Shown: one piece after another, positions 1 through 13,910 of the stretch | Position numbering within the stretch: the stretch's first letter is position 1 | Layout: every line of letters starts with the position of its first letter | Assembly: GCA_051294375.1 (NCBI GenBank) | Contig: CM119267.1 | Coordinates: 9,726,163-9,790,162 of the forward strand | Length of the DNA stretch: 64,000 bases | From: Paraspadella gotoi | Lineage: Eukaryota; Animalia; Chaetognatha | Reading direction: 5' to 3' | The notes under the pieces: model-generated | Seen by the model: only the letters and a program-made list of their open reading frames with translations | Database searches by the model: none | Told to the model about the DNA's origin: nothing | Made by a program: the position numbers and the translations under genes

Positions 1-561
1 AAAATGATTGAAAAAGTAACACTAATGTCGGCGGGAACTGAAGAAGAAGACGACGATGATGGCGACGTAGACAATAAGAGAAAATGTGCCGACGATAACG
101 ACGACGAAGACGACGACGACCTCGATGAGTAAACAAGTACGAGTTGGAACGAATCGGAAGTTCCATTCGGAAGAAACGAGAAAAAACAGCGGGAGGTGAG
201 ACGAGGAAGCGTGGCAAGAGGGAGTGTGATGTGGAAGAGGTTGGAGGGAGTGGGAGAATGAGATGGAGTGATAGAGGAAGAAGTGAGAGGGAGTCAAAGC
301 CCGAAGGGGAAAGAGAAAGTGAGAATGAGAGGGAGTGATAGAGGAAGAAGGGAGTGATAGGGAGTGGGAGAGGAAGGAGGAAGGAGTTGCAAGGAGGCAT
401 GGAAAACTGGAGTGACAGCTGTGGCCGAAGAAAGAAAGTGGAGGGAGAGGGAGTTGCTTTGGAAAGAGTGAAGAGAGGGAGTGGTAGAGAAAAATTGGGA
501 GAGTTGATGGGGAGACGAAGGGGAAAACGACGGGAAAGGATAGAAATGAGATAGAGTGGGG

Positions 562-592
<31 letters not shown>

Positions 593-1349
593 AAGGCGAA
601 AGATGGAGAATGTTGATAGGAGGGATCGGAAAGAGTAACCCGCTGGAACCAGTGACTTCGTAAGGGAGATGTGAATAAAGCGCTGGAGGAGTGGAAAGAG
701 ACGAGGGTTCTAAAATCATTAGTTTATCTGCGTCTCTTTAATGCAATTGAAAACGGAACCCCTCCCGCCATTGACTCTCTTCCCTTCATATTTATGCAGT
801 CATTCTCGCCATTCTTTTTCTCTTCCTGTAATTGTTTTATAGTCAACAAAGAATCAATTTAATTACAGTCTCCCGCTCGCTCGCTCTCTCCTCTCTCTCT
901 CTTTTATTCTTTATATCTTTCTTTTTTTTCTTCTCTAATAGTTTTCTCACTTGATGACATCCTCATTCGATTCACGAGACGGAAGAGGCTGAGAGAGAAA
1001 AGAGAAAAATGCTTGTATGAAACATTATAAATAATTAAGGGTTATTTAATTTGTTGAATAACAAACTATAAATCAGTATTGATTCGGCAAAACGGGTGAG
1101 AGAAGCAGCAAACGCAGCTTATTTTGTAAGTCTAAAGAAAAGAAAAAATGGGGACAGAAAATGATATTTAAGAAGACTGAATTGGAATTGGAATTTGAAT
1201 AAAAAACGAGACAATAAGTTAAGTGGAGAATGAGCGAAACAATAGAAGAGTGAAATAAAATGGGGAGTGAAGCGAGCGTGGCAGGAGAGCGGAGAATTGA
1301 AAGGAACGGAAAAAGGGAGTGAAAGAGAGAGAGAGTAAAAGAAAGAAAA

Positions 1350-1350
1350 G

Positions 1351-1434
<84 letters not shown>

Positions 1435-1610
1435 TAGAAAAGTGTGAGAAAGAGGAGGAGAGAGATGGAGTGAACAGAAAGAGAACTTGGCGCCCGTTCG
1501 TTCGTAACGAATCCCGTGGGAGAAATTCGAAACAAAACGACGTCGATGAAATCCGACGATACCGGTCATTAGCTGATGCGAGACAGAGATGGAGATTGGA
1601 GGGAGGAGAG

Positions 1611-1686
<76 letters not shown>

Positions 1687-1695
1687 AAAGAGAGA

Positions 1696-1730
<35 letters not shown>
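1350..1730. repeat. Two (GA)n microsatellite tracts
   Basis: Directly visible at ~1350-1430 and ~1610-1730. Confidence 0.95.
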
Positions 1731-1735
<5 letters not shown>

Positions 1736-3489
1736 AATAGAAACAAAGTGGCACCCTGAAAGATTTCTCATAAAATTCTCTCCAGTCACATTCCGTCAGA
1801 TTTGGGCGTCGGCGTTTGCAACTGTTTTGAAGAAGAACATTATCCTTATATGATTAAGATTATACACTCATTAATTATATCAACTGTTAAATAAATGTCA
1901 TTCATGTCATTCATGTGGCGGTATATTCAGAATCGCGACTAATTTTTCGCTTTTAAGAAATCTCGTTCTAACAAAAATCCCATTCACAGGCTTAAAAGTA
2001 AAAAGTCCTCAATTTTAACAAAATTCGAGAAACGATTTTCCAAGAAATTATTTTGCTTATTTTCTACTTCGGTGATAGGCAATCACTTACGCTCTCGCAC
2101 ACCGTGGCGATGGGTAACACCCGGTCACATGCAATGGCACGCGGTCGCACGCTCGAAACACCCAGACACGCCCTCTTTCCTCGCCTTTCCCTCTTCTCCT
2201 CTTTTTTTTTTATTTTTGCGTGGGCACGCGCCTTACTCCGCCCACCCACCCGGGTTCGCGCCCGCCACATCCGGTCTCCGGTTTCGTTCCCTTTTTTTTG
2301 TCAGCGCTAAACGATTTACGAGCGAAGAAAAATAGAAACAGAAAACAGAAAACAAAAACAAACAAAAGAAGAAAAGAAAAATCGGGACGCGCGAAAGAAT
2401 TTCGATAGTGAGAAAAACATATAAATCTTGTGAGAAGCCGATTTCATTAGGGATCCCGGAGGAGATGCAACGAGGATGTCATGTGTGAGAGGCATCGTCA
2501 CTGGTGATGCGTGAGTTGGGGACGTCAGCAATGCTGCGGAATTTGTTTTTGGTGATAACGTTCAGAGTATACGATGGAGTTTTTAAGCGTGTGCCTTCGT
2601 GTGGATGGCTGATCGTGAAATATTACTCGCGTTTCAAAACAAACTTTTGAGTCTGATTTGTTTTTTTTTCGTGGGGAGAGAGTTCTCTTTTAAAATACTT
2701 TTTTTAAAATGCTTTTCATTCTCATCATGGAATTTTCCTTCAGTCAGTCTACAGTTTTTGTTTTCGTTTCTAGATTTTTTTTCTTCTAAAAATAACACAT
2801 TTTTTTTTCTTGAGAGATGAAGTCATTTTTCTTTTCGCCCAAAACGGAAGTCTCTCTCTCAAGAATGCACCGGAGGCGCCAGCTGCTGCAGGGGCAGCGT
2901 TGGAAGCAGCGGCTCAGCAGCGGCTTATAAAGAGATAAAAGCGTTTGCCCCGATGACGACGACAAAGACTTCGACGTCAATTTGGTCTGAACTTTAACGA
3001 CGAATTTCGCCCTTTTATATCTCCAAGGCTTGGGTGGATCTTAATGTGATCGTTACAGCTTTAGGCTCGGTGAAATGAAGTCGAGGGACTTCCAAGGCAG
3101 GGACCATTAGAAGCGGAACGAAGAAAAAAAGTAGGAGAAAAATAAAAAGGAAAAAAAATTTTGAAAAAATAGGGAAGAAAAAGGAAAGAGAAATCTGGAG
3201 TCGAAACTCGGAAATGGAATTTTGAGGTGACGTCATCGTGTGGGTGAAGGAATGGGTTAAAGCGAATGGGGGCGGGGCCTGAAATGGGAAGGTGGGAGGG
3301 GCGTGGAGGATATGGCGCGGAAGAAGGTGGAAGTAAGTGAGGTAGGGTGAGAAAAGGGAAGGGAGAGAGTTAAAGTTAAGGAGAGAGAGAGAAAGAGAGA
3401 AACCGTGAAACGTGGTGGGACCGTTAAAGCTTCTCTAAGAGAGAGATAAATTTTGGCGGGTGGCAACATCAGGTTGTGGCAAGCGAAAG

Positions 3490-3624
<135 letters not shown>

Positions 3625-6178
3625 CTGAAGACCGAGTTTACAGATGCACTTCTATTTGTGTTATGACGTCTGTAAAATATTTCACTTCCGTATCACGAGA
3701 TTTTCAAGTTGAACCAAAATACAATCGACGTCAGGAAACGAAAATATGAAAATAAAAAAGCGTAAAATTGAAGGAAATTCCTTTGGGCGCCGAAGTCTGG
3801 AAAGAAAATGGCTGATGTCGCGTCTCACGAATAAAAAAGCTTCGAAAAAAGAATTCAAATCGATTTGGCGCCAAAATTTGAACCGTATCTCCGCGTTGGA
3901 GGAAAGGGACATCTTGCCTCTTGGCTCTTTGCTCTGGTTTTAATAGATATTATACGTTAATAACCTAGCTATGACTCATAGTATGAGGTAATATTTTACT
4001 AATTTCACCAATATTTCACGAGCATTTAAATCATGTTTCAAGTCGGCGATCTCAACCAAATCTCAACCGATATTTAATACCGTAATCACTCACGACAACA
4101 ACGACGATGACGACGACGACGCTAATCCCTCTCGCCATCAAGCTTCCGCCTCCAGGTGGATCTGCCGAACCATCAGGCACCCACGTCTTTCGCGCGAGAA
4201 AAACGTCTGCTTTCCCCCCCCTCCTGCCCTTCGAAGAGAAAAGAAAATGACAATGAGAAGTGAGAGTCGGTCAAGTTCAAGAGAGAACTTACTTTGAGCT
4301 TACCCTGAAGCGGATTGTTGTTTTTCTTTGGTTCATTGACGATTGGGCTTCGCTGAAAAAGTTAGGTTTATTAGTTTGACCCCAAAACGGATCTTTACTA
4401 TCTCTTCCTCCCCAGATTCTAACTCATTTTACTAACCATAACACTTTCCCTCAATTGTTTTTTTTTTTCGTTATGATTTCTCCGCAACGCGCCCATTGCG
4501 AAGTCTCATCAACGCCTCCGCGCACCTCTCGCCCGCGCGCGTTTGCCACGCCCACCATCGACCCTGGCTGGACTAACCGGACGGTGCTTCCTCGTCCTCG
4601 TCGTCATTATCGTCATTTTTATCTCCGTCGTCGTGGTCGTCGTCGTCGTCGTCAGCCCCAAGGTTTTTTTTCTCCATCTCTAATCGACGTAACTCGGATC
4701 GTGTTTACCGAGGTCGATGATGGCATGACGATGCCACTCGGATGCCGCTCAGATGCCACTCTCGTGCCATTGCGCCGCCACCCATCGCGATGAGCCCCTA
4801 GGCGCCGCGATATGGCGGCCGGCGGCGGCTGCGGCGGCCTCGTTGGGAGACGGCGCCGACCTTAATCGCCGACATCATCTCGTCTCTCGTTACCGACGAA
4901 TCGAGAAGATCGTTTCGTCATTCGACGCCCGAAATATTTCTTTCCAGACCGACAAATGTCGGCCCGAATCTAGTCTCTTCTGGCCAATTGGGGGAGGGTG
5001 TCTCGTTTAAAAGCCGACATAGCCCATCTTGTCGGGCAAACGAGCGCCGTCTTCGCTCCTCCAGCTTGCCGACCAAAAACGGCGCTCGTTTAAATTCGAA
5101 AAAAACGTTTTCGACGTCGGCCATTTTATTTTTTATTTCTCCATTTTTATTTTCTTTTATTCTGGGAGAGAAATTTTCTCGAGAAGCGAATCTTAACGAC
5201 GAACTTGATCTTTAACGGAACAATTCTTGGGATGGAAGATTTTTTTTTTTCGTCTCTGATAAAAAAAAAGGAGATAAAATGACATAAAATTCTCCTTTTT
5301 ACGAGATGATAAAAGGCGTTTTTGGAGGGAGAGAGCGACGCTAAAGGAACTTGGGAAGACTTCGATGGAAACGAAAACGTTAACCTACTTTTTCTTTATT
5401 CAAAGTCGTTTTTACGATGAGAGGCGATTTGCTTCCAGAGTTACATTTGAGTTACATTGAAGGCTGTGATTTGATTTTAGGGTCTTACTTTATATCAAAT
5501 ATAAATGAAGACGAGATTAAATGGCTGAACCTATGGTCCGATGCTTTTAGCTTTTAGATCCTAAAATTTAGGATCTCTGGAGATAAATAATTCTGTTCTA
5601 ACTCATCAACTGTTAATAAAAGTAGTCCTTTTCTCTCCAAAGCCTCGTTCAGGTCGTTTTAAAATGACTATTATTCAAAGTGACCATAGTTAATATATTT
5701 TTTTACTTTCGTGAGATCTCGCGATTCACGATTCTCACATAGTACTGCAGAGAGTCATCTCAGATTTTACTTTCACCCTTTAACTCCTCCCTCCCTATTC
5801 TCCTCTTCTTCTTGCCCCTCCTCCTCCTCCTCCTCCTCCTCCTCCCCCTCCTCCTCTCGTGTTTCTCCACCTTTTTTTTTCTTGATGACGTCGACGCTTT
5901 TGTAATTTTCTTCTTCTCCTCCGGCAGCCGACGGCAACATCGTCGGCTAAACGTCGGCCATTTCTCTCCGGAGCGTCGGCAAAATTGTCGGCGCCTTCTT
6001 GTCTGGGACTCGGATAGGCCTCGGTTGGGCCTTGGTTGGGCGTAAGCTGGGAGTCGCCTGGTAGTCAGCTGGGAGCCGGCTGGCATAGCGCCCGAACATC
6101 CGAGCGTCTGGGGACTGTGGAGCGGTAGGGAGCGAGAGAGAGCGAGAATTATTTTAAAAAAAAAGCTGAGAGAGAGAT

Positions 6179-6247
<69 letters not shown>

Positions 6248-6956
6248 GATGATGCGATTTTTCTACCAGCGAAGACATGAGGTCTTCATTCTCTCGAAAG
6301 GGGAGGAGAGTGGAGTGATTCTCACAGAGAGAGAGAGAGAGAGTCGATTTTCTCAAGTTTTCTTTTTGTTGTTGTTGTTGTTGTTGCTGTGATCCTTCTT
6401 CCCGGTCGTTGCTGTCGCCCTTCGATCCGTGATGAATGCGTAAACCGTCGACCTTCGGTTCCGCGTCACGTGAATCATTTTCACGTCGGACGTTTGACCT
6501 TTTGACCTTGGAGACGACGGTTGACCGGGAAGGACTCGCTCGGTGGGGGGGGATGGAGGAAAGATGGATGGAGGGAAGGAGGGATGAAAAGGAAAGGATG
6601 GATGGAAAGATGAAAAGAAGTTAGGGAGGAAAGGAAGTAGAAAGAAAAGAAGAAGAAAGAAAGAAAAAAAAACCAAGAAAGAAAAGAAAGAAACAAAGAA
6701 ACCAAGAAAGAAAAGAAAAGAAATGGAACAAGCATCGGGTTTCGGATAAATGGAAACGAAGAGGCAGAAGGAAGGGAAGGAATTCCGACTAGAATATCGA
6801 ATAATGTGAGCGATAGAATATGGAGCAGGAATGAGGAAAGAAAAGAAGGAAAAAAGGAAAACCAAGCGACGCGGGAAAAGTCACGGGGAAAATGAGCTGT
6901 GAAGAAAGCGGTAAGAGGAGAAGAGAGAGAAGAGAGAGAGAGAGAGAGAAGAGAGA

Positions 6957-6998
<42 letters not shown>

Positions 6999-9284
6999 CG
7001 TAAAGTTCCTGGCATCTTGACGAAGGTTGGCCTTTCGGGAGAGGATTCTGACTGTCAAGTGTCAACCGACGAGATTGCCATTCTTGTTTTCACGTATATC
7101 CTACGATTTCTTTCCCCCCCCCCACAAGTCGCGCCCACCGAAAAATTCCACAATACGCCCACATTTCTCTTTTCCGCTCGCCCCGTGTTTTCCTTCCTCG
7201 TTTATCACGACGCAAGCGCCTCTCTCGACGTCTCGTCACAACACGTCGCCAGTCGCCGCTTCTACATTTCGATCCAGAAAAACTTCTTAACGACCTTCAG
7301 GCAAAGTTTACCTTTCGCTTTTCACAAACATTTTTTTTTTTTTTTTTTTTTTTTATTCTTTCGAATAATGAATGGGCAATTAATTATTTTACCCTCAATC
7401 AAAACAAGGGGGACATCTCGTTTGAAAAAAGACTTTAACAACGGATAACAGCAAAGACAACAGCGCTTCAACAACAACCGTAACAACAACGGCAAGGATA
7501 ACATAATCTCGTTAGAAACACTTGGTTGATTCTTCCGCGCGTTGATTTTTCTCTCCTAATTAATTATGTAAAGAAAAAAGTTGCGAGATTTTTCCTTTGG
7601 CTTTGAGGTGTGAAAGTTATGAAATTATCGTAGTAACTTTTTAGTTTAATATCTCAAAGTATGTTGTATAAAACAAAAAGATTTAAGATATTTTTAAATC
7701 GTTCCGAAACTATTAACGTCAGTAATTATTGTAAAGCATCTTATATAACTTTATAGTTCATATACACACACAGAGAGAGAGAGAGAGAGAGACAAACTTC
7801 TTTCTTTCCCGTTCCCTCACGTCTGCTTCGGAATCAAATCTAGAAAATCCTTGGAATTTTCTTTTATAAATGAGATCACAAAAGACTCGTGCCACGCCTC
7901 CTTCTCCCTTTTCCCTTATCTCTCCTTTCTTCCCTCCCTCTCTCCTCCTCTTCCTCCTCCTCTTCCTCTTCCCAGTCTCCCGCACCCTAAGGTTTCCTCA
8001 TTTCTGCATGAAAAGAGATTTCGTCCTTTAAAAATGGAATTAAATCGAATGAAGCGAAATGAAACGAACCGGAATGAATCGAAAGGAAAATGAAAAGAAA
8101 AGGAAGGGAAATGAAATAAAAAGCGAAAAGGGAAAAAAAGAAGGAACTGAAAGAAAGAAAAAGGAGGACATTAAAGATAAGGAAAAGGAGAGAGTTAGGT
8201 GTGAAAGGAAAGCGTAATAATTATGGTGAAAACTTCCGTTCGCTTAAGTTTTTTTTTTTTAACATTTTTTTCTTTTCTTGGACTAACTTTACGAATTCAA
8301 ATAAAGAGGCGACGAATCAGCGTAAGCAAAGAAAGGGAACGCTAAAAAACAAACAACTTGAGAGAGAGAACCAATTACTCGCGTCTGGCGACTCCTTTTC
8401 TTTTCCAATTTTCTTTTTTCCTTCCCAGCAGCTCCGACAGCGAATCCTCTTCACTTTACACAACCTAACTAACCCTCTCTGTCTCACTCTCCAGTCTCTC
8501 TCCACCCAAGTTCTCTCTCACGTCCACATTTTCCAGCTGCGACAAGAGAAAAACCGTCTCCCCATTTGTTTCACGATTTTGTCCATCTTCCAATTCCCGT
8601 CCGCGGGCACCTCTCCCCGGATTAAGCTATTTTTAATTTATCTAAACTGATTTCAATGGCGAAACAAAATTGTAAATACATTCCATGAAAAAGTAACACT
8701 TGTTTTTCGTCGCTCATCCCATTACTTCCTTTTTTTTCTTTAACAGTATTTTCCAACTTTCTCTTACGATCGAACTGTCAAATTAAACGAAGCCCAACGA
8801 TCTTCGTAAATAAATGTGTTCTTTTGTTGCTTGGTTGTTTTTTGTTGTTTTTTTTACAAAAATATAAACCAAAGTTTAGTTCTTCCCTTCTTTTTAAATT
8901 ATGAATTTTTAATCACGCTTTCTGCATTGCCAGGTTAATTTATCGAGCTCACAAATAATTCTGGTAATTTTATTTAAAAAAGAACGAATATGAATTTATT
9001 TGGTTTATTATATCTGGAAAACGTAACAGCAACTACAAAGTCAACAAATAAAAATTTTAAAAAAAGGAAAAAATAAAAGAAATAAAATAAAAGAAATTTT
9101 AAAAGTTTAAAATATATGAATATATAGTGTATGTAATATGTAATGAGTACATATTCACTATGTAAGACAGAACCCTCAAACCGAACTGAATATTCAGTCT
9201 GGTCATAATCTTATGTTAAAATTTTACATTTTACGAGTGAAAATTTCGCGGTCGTCGTCATAGTTTTGACAAGATTCTGATACT

Positions 9285-11750
9285 TCACTCGGCGAAGAGA
9301 TCGACCTGACTATTAATCTCTTGGGGCGTCATCTCACAAAACCATGAATTGTTCAGAGCCTCTTCAGCCGTGATCCTCTTCGCAGGGTCCAACTCGAGGC
9401 AGCGTCGAATCAGTTCACAAGCGACCGGCGAGCCACGACCCTTCAAGGCCGCCTCGATCGACTTGGACCCGGGCGGACCGCGCGACTTGTCCTTGAAGTC
9501 TTTATTCATCCTGAGGACCCACGACCCTCCTGGGCAGAAACTTGCTCTAGCGCAATCGCACGGGTTGCAGGAGCAGCGGCAGGAGGCGTTTGGTCCCGAG
9601 TCGCAGACGACGTCGCCGCAGAGGCATCGTATTATCAGGTCTTGCGGTACTTTGTTGTTCTTGAGGACGCGCTCGGGTTTGGTCGCGCGGTCCAGCAGCG
9701 GAGGAGGAATGTCGCCGCAGAGTTCGAGGATAGCGACGTATTGATCGCGCGCATCCCGTCCCATAAGCAGCGGAAGCCCCATGAGTAGTTCCCCCACGAC
9801 GCACCCGAACGACCACATGTCTACCGGTTTGTCGAAAATGATGCCGAGAAAGACTTCGGGGGCTCGGTAGTAGCGCGTCTGGGTATACTCGGAGGGGACC
9901 TCGCCCGAGTTGAAGGCGTGACCCAAGTCAATGATTTTGACCCCGCGGTTATTGAGCTGGCGAGAAAAGGGTGAGAGCGGCATTAATGGGGTGATAAAGG
10001 GTGAATAAATAGAGAGGAAAAGCGAGAAATTATCCATTTATTCAAATAGATAAGTGTGGGTTAAATACCTTTCCATCCGTCTCACAAGATGGTAACCTCG
10101 CACGACTTAGCTAGCTTTCAATTCGGACTTTCACAGTCTACATAATTAAATTCGCTCCCAGAGTACCTGGCTTCCCTGAAGTGGCCTGATTTTTTTTATG
10201 AAATGTTTCATATCACTACTATAATATACTATGGGAGAAATATAGTCATTAAAAGAGCCGAAGAGGAAGAAAGGTATGGAAAAAAAAAAAGAAAAGTGAG
10301 AATAGCAGAAAAGAATAAAAAAAAATCAAAGAATTAATAATTAATTGGGGTAAATGAAAAAATTAACAAATTTAAATTACCTTCAGGGCAATATTGGGAG
10401 GCTTCAGGTCGCAGTGAACGATATTCCTTTCGTGGAGATATTTGACACCCTGAAGCAGCGAGTATGCCACACGCCTGGAGATTGGTTCGGGAAACCCAAC
10501 ACGCTTATTCTTTGAAATCACTTCGTGGAGATCCTGTCCCAATAGCTCAAAGGCGAAGACGAAGTGACCCCGGAAGTTTGAGGCTATGGATAACAGGCGG
10601 ACCACGTTGGCTTCGCCGTATGGATCGTCGAAGGCCAGGCGTCTCAACAGGCTGATCTCAGTATTCGACCGTTCAAAAATGTCTGGAACGTTGCGGCAAA
10701 TTTTGACGGCCACGGAAAAGGACTTTTTGTGGTCGTAAGCCTTAAAGACTTGGGAGAATCCGCCTTCGCCTGTAGAGAGAACAAAGGATAAAAGCCAGGA
10801 AATGTACTTGACAAGAAAGAACATGCATTATACAAAATAAAAAAGTCAGACTATTTTGTTTAAATAATTATAATGAAATAATGGTAAAGAAGTTTTAGCG
10901 ATATATGCTATATATAATTATATATGTTTATACTATATTTATACTATATATATATTATATATACACTATATATAGTATATATTATAGTTAAAGCGAATGG
11001 TTCCGTGGGTGAGATAGATAGTTTAGTCAAATTTCTATTTGTCTGCGAGAGATCTATTGGTTAGACATATTTATAAGGAATTAAATATTTGAATTATTCC
11101 ATCACTTGATTAGTTAATTTTTTATTCATTAATTAGTATATTATTCCTTTCTTTTTCGTTGGTTTAGAATTTGAGATATGTCGCGAAAACAATAGAAAAG
11201 TTTTCTTATCTCTATCTTGTGTTATTACTTCTTAACAGAATAATCGTTAATTAAAAATATTGTCTAACATAAACTTTTCCCTCCCAATCCCACTGAAAAT
11301 AAATTTTCCTTGAGCACAAAAAAAATATTTTCAAGTACCGCTTCCAGAATTGTAAAAAAAAAAATCTATTGAAACATCTTACTTCTCAGAAAAAAAAGCT
11401 TTCCGAACTCGAGCTTCACCCCACCCCCAAACTAGAAGAAAAAAAAGCCGAAATCGCTCCAAAAAAAACAACAAAAACAAAAACAAAAACTCACCCAAAA
11501 GTGACTGAATCTGGAACCGGAAAAGGACGTGATCCCCGAGCAGATATCTGTAAAAATGGTTGTGATCGGTAAAAATTATGAGGCCGTCTCGTACGAAGTG
11601 AGATTCTTTTTCGGCCGGAGTGAGACCCTGAAAGCAAGTTTCGGGACATCGTCTCGCCTCCTCCACTTCCCAGTCGGCAAGGATTAAGGACTTAGCAGGA
11701 GTTTGGGAACCGGGAACGTTTTCTGGATGGCGTTTTTCTGGGCTTTTCAT
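9285..11750 (-). CDS. DYRK-family (class 2-like) CMGC protein kinase, paralog A; 3 exons (11750-11495, 10769-10381, 9956-9285), ~438 aa
   Basis: GT-AG introns join in frame (phases 1 and 0). Motifs: DH-box-like FTDHNHFYRYLLGDHVLFRFQI, GEGGFSQV, AYDHK, VAVK, HCDLKPPN, DLG, EYTQTRYYRAPE, DMWSFGC, RITAEEALNNSWF. Confidence 0.93.
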
Positions 11751-12127
11751 GATGAAGGTTTACAGTTTTCGCGCTTAAATAATTATCATGCGGTGAGAAA
11801 AATTTTTGAAAGATTTTTCGATGTGATTTCGTCAGGAAAGGTTTTCGTGTAATGATCCAAGACAACAGAGGCGAGAAGACTAAAACTAAGGACAACAATA
11901 ACAATTGGTCATTTTGGCGGTCAATCACGATCAGAGTTATGTTGGTGGGTCAATTTCCACCGGCCACGAAACGATTTTGAAGAGTTAAAAGACTTTTTCG
12001 TCGTCGTCGTCGTTTTGACCGTCGCCTTGGTCTAAGTTTAAATCATGGACGGCGAACCAAGATGTTCTTGCCGGGAAAAAAAAAAGCTGTTGTCCTGGCG
12101 TTAACGGTTAAAGGTCAGTTAGGTTTT

Positions 12128-12180
<53 letters not shown>

Positions 12181-13210
12181 ACAGATTCATATTTAAATTA
12201 TATATGCTATCACAGAAACCAGAAAGGGGGGCGAAAAAAAGTCGCGGGCAATCAAAGTCTCCTGAGAAAATGGTCAATTTTTCCCGGTTTTTGACTCAAT
12301 ATCTCGAGCGCTTTAGTTAATAAAACTCAATACGCTTAGTTTTTTTTCTTTATTTTTTTTGGGTGGGGGTTCTATTTATATCTTGTATCTTTCTACTTCT
12401 TTCTCTTTTATAATATTACGGACTTTATTAATTCATTGATTAGTAAATTAATAAAAATGATGAAATGAAGGTCATTAAATTCATAACTAGTAATTAATTT
12501 TAATATTTTTGTCATTTAAGTAAGTAGATTTATTCCGTTTCGTGAACTTTAACAAAATGGGTTTTTATTTCGTTCCTTTGGCTAACAAAAAATGAAAAAA
12601 TAAATTATCAAGTATGTGTTTTTTATTGATTCTGGAAACGTAGCAGCAACAACAAAAATTTTGCTGCATATAAATCAAAAACATTATAATAACAGAAATA
12701 GTTTCGAGTAATAATGGAACAACAGTTCTATACAATATACGAGAAATAGTCCAAGGACCATTTTCAAATTTAAAGATTAAAATCAGTGAACGCAAAGAGA
12801 ATAACTTGAAAGAAAAATAAAGTGAATTAAAGAAAAAAAAAAAGATAATTAGGTGACCGAGAAAGAAACTTGAAAGAGATTAAATTTGTAATAGGATATA
12901 AAAACACTACGCCTGGGATGAGGTGTTCCCCCTCTGAGCCAATGGATTTGGCTGAAGGATGGTGGACGTGAGGTGGCGTGAATATACCGCAAACAACACA
13001 AAAACCAAACTTAACAATTAAAAATTTAAAAAATTTAAAAATGAAATAAATAAAAAAATATTAAGAAGTTACAAAAAAAGAGAATAGAAAGGCGTTCGTA
13101 AGACAAGTAAAATACTGCCTCTGAAATGGACGGAATATTTTGTTTGGTGACAATCGAAGGTTACAATAATAAATAATTTCATTCATTGCTGGGATCAAGA
13201 ACGTTGAAGT

Positions 13211-13843
13211 TCACTCAGCGAAGAGATCCACGTGGCCTCTCCTCTCGTCCCTCCTCATCGCCCCGAACCAGGGATGATCCAGCGCCTCTTTGGCCTTCAT
13301 CCGCAAATTTGGCTCTAACTCGAGGCAGCGTCGAATCAGATCGGAAATAATCGGCGTGGTGCGGCCCTTCATGGCCGCCTCCAGCGTCTTGGACCCGGGC
13401 GGACCACGCCATTTGTCCCAATCGCAGGACTTGCCGCGGCATTTGCAGCGCAACACGGTGTAGAGGGGCGTTTCTTCGTCGTATAAGGCTCTCTCTGGTG
13501 TCGTCGCCCGCTGCACCAGAGAAGCAGGAAAGTCGCCGCAGAGCTCGAAGATGGCGTTTACTTGGTCGAAATCGCCTCTAGACTTCAGCAGCGGTTGCCC
13601 CGTGAGCAGCTCCGCCACGATGCAGCCGTAGGACCAAATGTCGATGGGTTTGCAGTAGGCGACGCCGAGGAAAACCTCAGGCGAGCGATAATTGAGCGTT
13701 TGGAACCACACGTGGGGCTGCCTGGGGGAGAAGAAGGCGTGGCCCAGATCGAGGATTTTGACGCCGCGATTGTCAGGCTGTAATTAGAAAGAGGGTGTTA
13801 ACAGAGAAGGAAGGGAAAAAGAATGAATGAATGAATAAATGAA

Positions 13844-13910
<67 letters not shown>

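Noticed and set aside
1073-1853. Long SLSLSL / RERERE ORFs (also at 3453, 6353-7065, 21005, 33542-34685 and elsewhere)
   Set aside because: Translations of (GA)n microsatellites and polypurine tracts; no coding signal.
4455-6120. GC/CpG-rich stretches with Arg-rich ORFs and possible splice sites
   Set aside because: No consistent exon chain or recognisable domain; could be regulatory or unresolved exons.
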